NCBI GenBank assembly: GCA_965602905.1
Contig: CBFCZY010000032.1
Coordinates: 1-14,869 of the forward strand
Reading direction: 5' to 3'
Source of the DNA: an uncultured bacterium
Lineage (GTDB): Bacteria; SAR324; XYD2-FULL-50-16
Length of the DNA stretch: 14,869 nucleotides
Below, piece by piece: positions 1 to 6,842 of the stretch. How positions within the stretch are numbered: the first letter of the stretch is position 1; the number at the start of each line of letters is the position of its first letter. Position numbers and translations under genes: made by a program. Below the pieces are notes generated by a model. That model did no database searches, was not told where the DNA came from, and saw only the letters and a list, made by a program, of their open reading frames with translations.

Positions 1-2
1 AC

Positions 3-377
3 GAGGCCGAACAAGATAAGATTCGTCTTGGTAACGAAGCCCAGAAAGAACGTAACGAAAAGGTTCCAAAGGCAGAAGGTGTAGCCAAGCAAATGATTGA
101 CGAAGCCAAAGGTTACGCTATTGAGCGTGTGAATAAGGCGCAAGGTGACGTGGTTCGTTTCAATGCAATCTTAAAGGAATACAGGCAAGCAAAAGAGGTA
201 ACTCGAACTAGAATTTACCTTGAGACCTTGCGTGAAGTTTTACCTAACGTACAAGAAGTGATTGTTGTGGACCAAAGTAGCAAGGGCATGATGCCTCTAG
301 TTAATATCGGTGCGGCGGCTTCAACTGTTCGGCCCCAAAAACCTAGCTCTGGCGTTACTGCCACGGCAAATCAATAG
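3..377 (+). CDS. hflK: FtsH protease modulator HflK, C-terminal part (5'-truncated by window edge)
   Basis: The open frame runs from the window edge (EAEQDKIRLGNEAQKERNEKVPKAEGVAKQMIDEAKGYAIERVNKAQGDVVRFNAIL...), typical of an HflK C-terminus, and stops at TAG 375-377 directly upstream of an hflC-like gene. The stop lies inside the downstream gene's Shine-Dalgarno (TAGGAG). Confidence 0.8.
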   Translation, partial: EAEQDKIRLGNEAQKERNEKVPKAEGVAKQMIDEAKGYAIERVNKAQGDVVRFNAILKEYRQAKEVTRTRIYLETLREVLPNVQEVIVVDQSSKGMMPLVNIGAAASTVRPQKPSSGVTATANQ

Positions 378-385
378 GAGATAAG

Positions 386-1315
386 ATGAACAAGCAAATA
401 TTGATTTTAATTGTTGTAGGTTTTGGTTTAATTATCGGCATGAATTCTTTTTATGTTGTGAACGAAGGCCAACAGACCATCACCACTCAGTTTGGTGACC
501 CCGTTGGGGAAAAGGTTGTGGAAGCAGGCTTATATTTTAAAATTCCTTTTATCCAAAAGGTTCACTTCTTTGATCGCAGGATTTTGAAGTGGGATGGGCA
601 ACCAAATGAGATCCCAACAAAAGATAAAAAGTATATCTGGGTGGATGTTACTGCTCGCTGGAAGGTAGCTGACCCTTTGCTGTTTTTACAGCGCATGGGC
701 AACATGAACCGAGCTTACTTACGTCTTTCTGACTTAATTAACGGTTCTGTAAGGGACTTTGTAACTAAAAATGTACTGGCTGAAGTTGTTCAATCCTCTG
801 ATTGGGACCCTTCCTACTCTTCTTCTTCTGAAAAGGGGACTGATGAAGTTCGTTTAAAGATTAAAGTTGGTCGGGATAAGTTTTCCGAGTTGGTTTTAAT
901 TGAAGTTGCAAAAACTGCCGAAGGTTACGGTATTGAGCTTTTAGATGTTTTGGTAAAGCGTGTAAACTACACGAACCAAGTGCGGGAAAAGGTTTACAGT
1001 CGTATGATTTCAGAGCGCCAGAGAATCGCCACCCAAAGAAGATCAGAGGGTGAGGCCATTAAGGCTGAGGTTTTAGGTGCTATGGAAAAGGACTTGAGCC
1101 GAATTACATCGCAAGCCTATAAAGAATCTGTGATGATTAAGGGTGAGGCTGATGCCAAGGTAACCAGACTTTATGGTCAGTCTTACGGTAAAGACCCTGA
1201 ATTTTATAAGTTCTTAATGAGTTTAGAGTCTTATAAAACAGTTCTAGGTGCGAACACTAGACTGGTTATTGATTCTAGCTCCCCTCTTTATAAGTACCTG
1301 CAAGGGAAGAAGTAA
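386..1315 (+). CDS. hflC: FtsH protease modulator HflC (SPFH/band-7 family)
   Basis: 309 aa with an N-terminal TM helix (ILILIVVGFGLIIG) and an SPFH-domain sequence (YVVNEGQQTITTQFGDPVGEKVVEAGLYFKIPFIQKV...). It follows hflK with AGGAG 8 nt upstream of ATG 386. The hflK-hflC pairing is canonical. Confidence 0.9.
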   Translation: MNKQILILIVVGFGLIIGMNSFYVVNEGQQTITTQFGDPVGEKVVEAGLYFKIPFIQKVHFFDRRILKWDGQPNEIPTKDKKYIWVDVTARWKVADPLLFLQRMGNMNRAYLRLSDLINGSVRDFVTKNVLAEVVQSSDWDPSYSSSSEKGTDEVRLKIKVGRDKFSELVLIEVAKTAEGYGIELLDVLVKRVNYTNQVREKVYSRMISERQRIATQRRSEGEAIKAEVLGAMEKDLSRITSQAYKESVMIKGEADAKVTRLYGQSYGKDPEFYKFLMSLESYKTVLGANTRLVIDSSSPLYKYLQGKK

Positions 1316-1395
1316 TTTCTGCCTTACTCGTTCTTTAAAGAATCGCTTTTGAACTTATGGCCCGAGTCTAGGGCTTTAAGATTTTAGCAAAAAGA

Positions 1396-1423
1396 AAACC
1401 CTAGGAAACTAGGGTTTTTTTTT
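1396..1423. terminator. Rho-independent, apparently bidirectional terminator between convergent hflC and cheX
   Basis: CCCTAG(1399-1404)-GAAA-CTAGGG(1409-1414) hairpin preceded by AAAAGAAAA and followed by T9 (1415-1423). On the reverse strand the same hairpin is followed by TTTTCTTTTT. Confidence 0.6.
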
Positions 1424-1728
1424 GCCTAAAATTCTGGGTTTTTACTGGGATCTTCTAGCCAAGGCTGCCACAAGAATTCTTGAACGTGCCTCTATGACCC
1501 ACTAATATTAAGGTTTAGCTTTAAGCTTAACTCCGCTCGCAGCCAATCGCAGCCTTTTTAAGAGCCTAAAAAACTAGTGGAATCCTGATAGGTTAAGAGT
1601 GGAAAAGCTACCGAGGTAGACTTAAAGAGAGGGATTGCTAAACAGCAGAAATAAAAGCGGAATAATGAGAAGGGAGTAGTGAAAGGCTATATTTTTGAAA
1701 AATTTGGTCTAAACCAAAGAAATATAAA

Positions 1729-2208
1729 CTAGCCCATCATAGAATTATCAAAGCAAGCTTCAATAAAGTAATTTCCGCCTTTGGTTTGGAAAGGGATGAT
1801 AATTACTCTTGAAGTTACAAAATGCGTTAGGTCGTGTCCTTCACCCTTAGAGGTGACAGGGATACCAGCAGAAAAGTGAAAGCCTAATTTAGCTAGTTCA
1901 CGTCTCGCTTCACCACTGACCATGTTTACAAGTTCACCGACAATATCAACAACTTCATCGTTGATTTCAGGCACGGCTTCACCAAACATTTGCTCGGCAA
2001 CATGCAAAATGCAGTCTGCCTTAAAACTGATACCAATGGAACCTTGCGACTCACCTGTAAGCTCGATGACAGCAGAAATCAACCCAAGGGCTTTTTTATC
2101 GTCATCTGATTTTAAGTAGGGTTTGCCTGCTTTAGATTCCACAAAAGCCATGGTATTTAAGACTTTTTTTGTGGCAGAGATAAAGGGATTTATGTATTCA
2201 ACTTTCAT
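1729..2208 (-). CDS. cheX: CheX-type chemotaxis phosphatase (CheC/CheX/FliY family)
   Basis: 159 aa starting MKVEYINPFISATKKVLNTM...KAGKPYLK, with GELVNMVSGEARRELAKLGFHFSAGIPVTSKGEGHDL matching CheX-family signatures. ATG 2206-2208 overlaps the rluD stop (ATGA). Confidence 0.75.
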   Translation of the reverse strand: MKVEYINPFISATKKVLNTMAFVESKAGKPYLKSDDDKKALGLISAVIELTGESQGSIGISFKADCILHVAEQMFGEAVPEINDEVVDIVGELVNMVSGEARRELAKLGFHFSAGIPVTSKGEGHDLTHFVTSRVIIIPFQTKGGNYFIEACFDNSMMG

Positions 2209-3155
2209 GATAAATGTTCTTCTAACTTTATTAGCAAATTAGTTATTTCATCAGGGAGTTCAGCTGTAAACTCCATTTCTTCTTCTGTTACTGGGTGGGT
2301 GAAACCCAACAAGCCAGCATGGAGTGCTTGTCCATGAAAGGCCTTTAATTCTAAATGTAACTCTTGCCCAAATTTTCTTGAATGATCCCTAAACCTTCCG
2401 TAAAGGGGGTCACCTAAAAGGGCATGACCGATTTCGGCCATGTGCACTCGGATTTGGTGTGTTCGGCCAGTCTCTAGCTTACATTCTACCAAGGTCAAAG
2501 CGCCATATCTCTGAACCACTTTCCAGTGGGTCACAGCATGCTTACCATCTGCTACAACAGCTCTCTTTTTTCGGTCTTTCTTGTGCCTTCCTAGGGGTTT
2601 ATCAACCTTCCCCATAGCAGTAACTGGGTTGCCCCAGCAAATTGCCGTATAAAGCCTTTTGGTCTGGCGTGCAGCAAACTGCTGGGCCAAATGGTCATGG
2701 GCTTTATTATTTTTAGCAACCACTAGCAAACCGCTAGTGTCCTTGTCGATTCGATGCACAATGCCAGGTCGATCGGCATTGATGTCCGATAGTTGGCAGT
2801 GGCTCAAAAGGTAATTAGCAAGGGTATCGTCGCTATGTCCTACTGATGGATGTACTACCATACCTTTGGGTTTATTGACAACTAAAAGCTCTGCGTCCTC
2901 GTAGCGAATGTCCAGCGGATGGGCAACGGCAACCATGTTTTTTATTTCAGGCTGATAGTTGACTTCGATCACATCTGTAGGTTCAACCTTAGTTTTGGCC
3001 TTGGATATAACTCGGTCATTTATTTTTACGGCCCCCTCTTTGATCAGCTTTTGTGCTTGGCTACGTGTGCCCACTTCTGGGGACTCGCAAAGCAAAAGAT
3101 CTAACCTGTCGGTTGACTGGCCGCTTATTGTAAAAGTGTTAGGTTTCAACCTCAA
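2205..3155 (-). CDS. rluD: 23S rRNA pseudouridine synthase, RluA/RluD family (S4 domain + catalytic HRIDKDTSG motif)
   Basis: 316 aa with an N-terminal S4-like RNA-binding segment (RLDLLL...SRSQAQKLIKEGAVKINDRV) and the catalytic HRIDKDTSGLLVVAKN motif. The apparent TTG start at 3153-3155 overlaps the rng stop (TTGA). Confidence 0.85.
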   Translation of the reverse strand: MRLKPNTFTISGQSTDRLDLLLCESPEVGTRSQAQKLIKEGAVKINDRVISKAKTKVEPTDVIEVNYQPEIKNMVAVAHPLDIRYEDAELLVVNKPKGMVVHPSVGHSDDTLANYLLSHCQLSDINADRPGIVHRIDKDTSGLLVVAKNNKAHDHLAQQFAARQTKRLYTAICWGNPVTAMGKVDKPLGRHKKDRKKRAVVADGKHAVTHWKVVQRYGALTLVECKLETGRTHQIRVHMAEIGHALLGDPLYGRFRDHSRKFGQELHLELKAFHGQALHAGLLGFTHPVTEEEMEFTAELPDEITNLLIKLEEHLS

Positions 3156-4642
3156 ATCTCAAAGAGCTCAAATTGCTCATGATGGTATCTTTCTGAGGTT
3201 TGCAAAGAGATGCCTCCCTTAATCAAGCGTTCCATGGATTTAAAAGTATTCATCTCTTCGATTTCTAAATAGTCAGCAATATCTGGGTGGACACCGATGA
3301 GTAGGTTTTCAGGGCAAGAAGACTCTTTAACCATTCTTTGGATCTCTCTAAAGATTTCATAGGTAATGGTTGCAGGGGATTTAATCCTTGCTCGGCCTTC
3401 GCAGTAGGGGCAGGACTGGCGTAAAAATCGGCCTAAGTTTTCTCGGCTTCGTTTTCGAGTCATTTCCACTAGGCCCATTTCTGAAATGGGTAAGGCTTTG
3501 GTTCGGGCTTTGTCCTTTTTCAGGGCTTCTTTTAAGACGTTGTAAACCTTATTTCTATTGTCGGCCCCTTCCATATCGATAAAATCGATGATGATAATGC
3601 CGCCAATATCACGCAGTTTAAGTTGGTGCACAACCTCAACAGCAGCTTCTAAATTGGTGGTTACAATGGTATCTTCATGGTTGGTTTTACCTGTAAAGCT
3701 ACCTGTGTTTACATCAATGGCAGTCAAGGCTTCGGTTTGGTCAATGACCAGAGAACCACCAGACTTGAGCCAAACCTTTCTATTTAAACCACGGTCAATT
3801 TCTTGGGTGATTCCATAGTGATCAAAAAGGATCTGCTTCTTTTTAAAGAGGCGTAAAATCGGGCTGTACTTGGGTAGATAGTTATCCAAATACTTTTTTA
3901 GGCGTTCGTATTCCTGCTCATCATCGATAATTAAAGCCTCTACGTCGGTAGAAAGCATATCACGAATGGTACGAGAAGTTAGGTTTAGATCTTCGTATAA
4001 AATTGCAGGGGCACGGTAGGTCTTAAACTTGTGGGTAACATCGGTCCAAGTGCTATGGAGGTAGTTTACGTCAGCTTTAAATTCGTCTTCACTGCGACCT
4101 GCGGCGACGGTTCTAACAATAAAACCTGTGCCTTCCGGCTTGACTGAGGTTACGATTTTTTTTAAGCGTGCTCGTTCTTTATCGTCACGAATTTGTCTGG
4201 AAACCCCAACATTATTCACTTGGGGCATAAAAACCAGATTTCTCCCCGGTAGCGAGATGTTACAGGTGATTCGGGTTCCTTTGGTGCCAATTGGCCCTTT
4301 GGAAACCTGAACCATAATATCTTGCCCCTCTTTGATGAGTTCGTTTATGGTTTGTTTGTTTTTGGAATGCTTTTCTTTGGAATCGGAGTCATCGCCATCG
4401 AGGTCTATATTCTCTTTGGTGCGAATATCATCAACATATAAAAATGCAGCTTTTTCAAGGCCAATATCCACAAAGGCAGACTCCATTCCTGGGAGCACCT
4501 TTAGGACTTTACCCTTATAAATATTACCAACTACGCTTTTATTTTTTTCTCTCTCGTAAAAAAGTTCTGATACTACTCCTTCTTCAATCACGGCAACACG
4601 GATTTCGTGCCTCGCATGATTAATGATTATTTTCTTTCCCAT
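3152..4642 (-). CDS. rng: Ribonuclease G (RNase E/G family; S1 domain + catalytic core)
   Basis: From ATG at 4640-4642 (revcomp), the N-terminus MGKKIIINHARHEIRVAVIEEG...VVGNIYKGKVLKVLPGMESAFVDIGLEKAAFL aligns position-for-position with E. coli RNase G (MTAELLVNVTPSETRVAYIDGG...IVGNIYKGRVSRVLPGMQAAFVDIGLDKAAFL). AAGGA lies 7-11 nt upstream. The ORF track's upstream GTG at 4669 is a less likely start. The C-terminal Cys cluster (CPYCEGRAR) is typical of Rng. Confidence 0.85.
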   Translation of the reverse strand: MGKKIIINHARHEIRVAVIEEGVVSELFYEREKNKSVVGNIYKGKVLKVLPGMESAFVDIGLEKAAFLYVDDIRTKENIDLDGDDSDSKEKHSKNKQTINELIKEGQDIMVQVSKGPIGTKGTRITCNISLPGRNLVFMPQVNNVGVSRQIRDDKERARLKKIVTSVKPEGTGFIVRTVAAGRSEDEFKADVNYLHSTWTDVTHKFKTYRAPAILYEDLNLTSRTIRDMLSTDVEALIIDDEQEYERLKKYLDNYLPKYSPILRLFKKKQILFDHYGITQEIDRGLNRKVWLKSGGSLVIDQTEALTAIDVNTGSFTGKTNHEDTIVTTNLEAAVEVVHQLKLRDIGGIIIIDFIDMEGADNRNKVYNVLKEALKKDKARTKALPISEMGLVEMTRKRSRENLGRFLRQSCPYCEGRARIKSPATITYEIFREIQRMVKESSCPENLLIGVHPDIADYLEIEEMNTFKSMERLIKGGISLQTSERYHHEQFELFEI

Positions 4643-4780
4643 TTGTGGTCCTTTAACTTTCAAGGACACAGATACTTTGGTGCTCTAATAAAAAATTTTG
4701 TTTTATATATGGGGTGCTAATTAAATAGGTTTTCCTTAAAAAATTTTCCGTAGAGTTCGGGACAAAAAAGCCGGGTCAAA

Positions 4781-4808
4781 GGCTTGGTGAGCGTCCCTCA
4801 CCCAAGTC
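4781..4808. other. GC-rich imperfect hairpin in the ribH-rng intergenic region (possible ribH terminator and/or rng leader structure)
   Basis: CTTGGTGAG-cgtcc-CTCACC(C)AAG, a 9-bp stem with one bulge. On + it is followed by a T-rich tract (tctggtctttgtgttgtgtttgtttttattg). On - it is followed about 14 nt later by T6 (ggcttttttg). Confidence 0.35.
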
Positions 4809-5053
4809 TGGTCTTTGTGTTGTGTTTGTTTTTATTGTTATTTATAACCTTGGCAGTTTTGAGCCTGAAGGTTAAAGAGTCTTAATCTTTTGATCGGCTT
4901 CGTGCAGAAAAAAAGACTTATTTTTGATAGACTTGCAGGAAATATTACAGGGAAAGACATTTGGGCGCAACCCTAATTGTAGTTTAATTCAGTAAGCTAC
5001 AATCAGGATGCGAAGAGGAATAATTTGGCTAAAAGGGCCTTAAACAGAAATTT

Positions 5054-5521
5054 TTATAACTGCTTAAATAGATCACACATTTCGATCAATGCCGTCATGG
5101 TTTCGGCACCCTTGTTGCCCGCTTTGGAGCCAGCCCGCTCAATAGCTTGCTCAATGTTGTCAGTGGTCAAAACGCCAAAGGAAATAGGGATCCCCGAAGC
5201 CAAGCTTACAGAGGCAACGCCCTTAGTAACTTCAGAAGAAACATAGTCAAAGTGGGGAGTAGAACCACGGATAACAGCACCTAAAGCCAAAACACCGTCA
5301 AACTTTTTGGTTTGGACTAGTTTTTGGCAGGCGATTGGAATCTCAAAAGCACCAGGAACTTTGATTAGGGTAAGGTCTTCAATTTTACCACCATTTCTTA
5401 CAAATGCGTCTTGCGCACCTTCGAGTAATTTAGCGGTAATAAAATCATTAAAGCGAGCGATCACTAGGGCAAGTTTTAACCCTGTTGCATTAAAATGACC
5501 CTCAATAATTGTAGCTGCCAT
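5054..5521 (-). CDS. ribH: 6,7-dimethyl-8-ribityllumazine synthase
   Basis: 155 aa ([36 protein letters not shown]...[19 protein letters not shown]), a classic RibH. A strong SD (TAAGGAGAACA) precedes the ATG. Confidence 0.9.
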   Translation of the reverse strand: MAATIIEGHFNATGLKLALVIARFNDFITAKLLEGAQDAFVRNGGKIEDLTLIKVPGAFEIPIACQKLVQTKKFDGVLALGAVIRGSTPHFDYVSSEVTKGVASVSLASGIPISFGVLTTDNIEQAIERAGSKAGNKGAETMTALIEMCDLFKQL

Positions 5522-5529
5522 TGTTCTCC

Positions 5530-6750
5530 TTATGGATGTTCATGTAAGTTAAGTAGGTGACCCATTTTGTCTTTTTTGGTTTTTAGGTATTTTGAATTGT
5601 CGTCTCCTGGTTCAATTTCAACAGGAACTCGTTCAACAACTTCAATACCGTAACCCTTTAGGCCAACAATTTTTCTGGGGTTATTGGTCAACAAGCGGAT
5701 CTTGTGAAGTCCAAGACTCACAAGCACTTGTGCACCAAAACCATAGTCTCTTAAATCAGCACCGAAACCTAATTTTTCATTGGCTTCAACTGTATCAGCC
5801 CCTTGATCTTGCAGGTTATATGCCTTGATTTTATTTATAATTCCAATTCCTCTACCCTCTTGGGCAAGGTATAAAACTACGCCTTTGCCTTCCTTTTCAA
5901 TCTGACGCATAGCAGCGTGAAGCTGAGGGGCACAGTCGCATCTGGCAGAGCCAAAAACATCACCTGTTAGGCACTGGGAATGAACCCGAACCATAACCTC
6001 TTCATCAGGGCCCCACTCGCCTTTCACCAAAGCGATGTAAGACTCATCGTTAATTTTATTTTTAAAACCAACAATCTTAAAGTGGCCTGCAATGCTGGTA
6101 GGTAATTCCGCTTCTGCTTCTCTTACCACTTGAGATTCATTATTTAGCAGGTATGTGATGAGGTCTTTGATGGTAACCATCTTTAGACCATGCTCTTCTT
6201 GGAATTTTTTCAGGTCATCATAGCGGGACATGGTGCCATCATCATTCATAATCTCGCAGATCATCCCACTGGGGTGTCTGCCACTGAGTCTGGAAATATC
6301 TACTGAGCCTTCGGTTTGGCCTGTGCGGCATAAAACACCGCCCTTTCTGGCTCGAAGGGGGAATACGTGGCCAGGAGTAGAAATGTCAGCAGGGGTAACA
6401 TCTTCTCGAATGGCGGTCATGATAGTGTGGCTGCGGTCAGCGGCGCTGATTCCTGTGGTTACACCTTGGGCAGCTTCAATGGAAACTGTGAAATTTGTGC
6501 CATAAACACTGGTGTTGTTGGTGGCCATCATGGGGATGCCCAGTTGGTCGACCTGCTTATTTTCTAGGGTTAAGCAGATTAAACCACGGCCATGAGTTGC
6601 CATGAAATTAACGGCTTCAGGCGTTGCTGCATCGGCAGCACAGTAGAGGTCACCTTCATTTTCACGGTCTTCATCATCAACAAGGATGATCATTTTACCA
6701 GCGGCAATGTCTGCGATGGCGTCTTCTATAGTATCAAATTTTTTAGTCAT
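5530..6750 (-). CDS. ribBA: Bifunctional 3,4-dihydroxy-2-butanone-4-phosphate synthase / GTP cyclohydrolase II
   Basis: 406 aa with an N-terminal DHBP synthase region ([17 protein letters not shown]...) and a C-terminal GTP cyclohydrolase II with the Cys cluster ([18 protein letters not shown]). It sits 8 bp upstream of ribH. Confidence 0.9.
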   Translation of the reverse strand: MTKKFDTIEDAIADIAAGKMIILVDDEDRENEGDLYCAADAATPEAVNFMATHGRGLICLTLENKQVDQLGIPMMATNNTSVYGTNFTVSIEAAQGVTTGISAADRSHTIMTAIREDVTPADISTPGHVFPLRARKGGVLCRTGQTEGSVDISRLSGRHPSGMICEIMNDDGTMSRYDDLKKFQEEHGLKMVTIKDLITYLLNNESQVVREAEAELPTSIAGHFKIVGFKNKINDESYIALVKGEWGPDEEVMVRVHSQCLTGDVFGSARCDCAPQLHAAMRQIEKEGKGVVLYLAQEGRGIGIINKIKAYNLQDQGADTVEANEKLGFGADLRDYGFGAQVLVSLGLHKIRLLTNNPRKIVGLKGYGIEVVERVPVEIEPGDDNSKYLKTKKDKMGHLLNLHEHP

Positions 6751-6775
6751 TTTTTCTTCAATTAAGATCGATAAT

Positions 6776-6781
6776 ATTATA
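6776..6781 (-). promoter_or_regulatory. Candidate -10 box (TATAAT on - strand) for ribBA-ribH in the 92-bp dnaE-ribBA gap
   Basis: A perfect TATAAT on the reverse strand lies about 25 nt upstream of the ribBA ATG. No convincing -35 is present. The gap is too short to hold an FMN riboswitch. Confidence 0.25.
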
Positions 6782-6842
6782 GTATATTCAGAAAATGCAA
6801 AATAGGGAAGGCCTAGAACTTAAGTCTATCTAAATAAAAGCG

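Noticed and set aside
1369-1414. Three-part element CTAGGG(1369)...CCCTAG(1399)...CTAGGG(1409) that could form alternative anti-terminator and terminator pairings, like an attenuator.
   Set aside because: No + strand gene lies downstream; the next gene is convergent. An attenuation mechanism therefore has nothing to regulate, and the simple reading is a terminator plus a chance upstream repeat.
4838-4960. 40-aa ORF on the - strand inside the ribH-rng spacer (MSFPVIFPASLSKISLFFCTKPIKRLRLFNLQAQNCQGYK).
   Set aside because: It has no Shine-Dalgarno and its sequence is low-complexity. It overlaps the hairpin/T-rich structural region, so it is more likely non-coding leader or terminator sequence.
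6600-6842. FMN (RFN) riboswitch upstream of ribBA.
   Set aside because: The spacer is only 92 bp. Conserved RFN motifs (e.g. GGATGGGAGA, CCGACCGG) are absent on the - strand. The only AGTCTGG match (4806) is in a different spacer and lacks the rest of the element.
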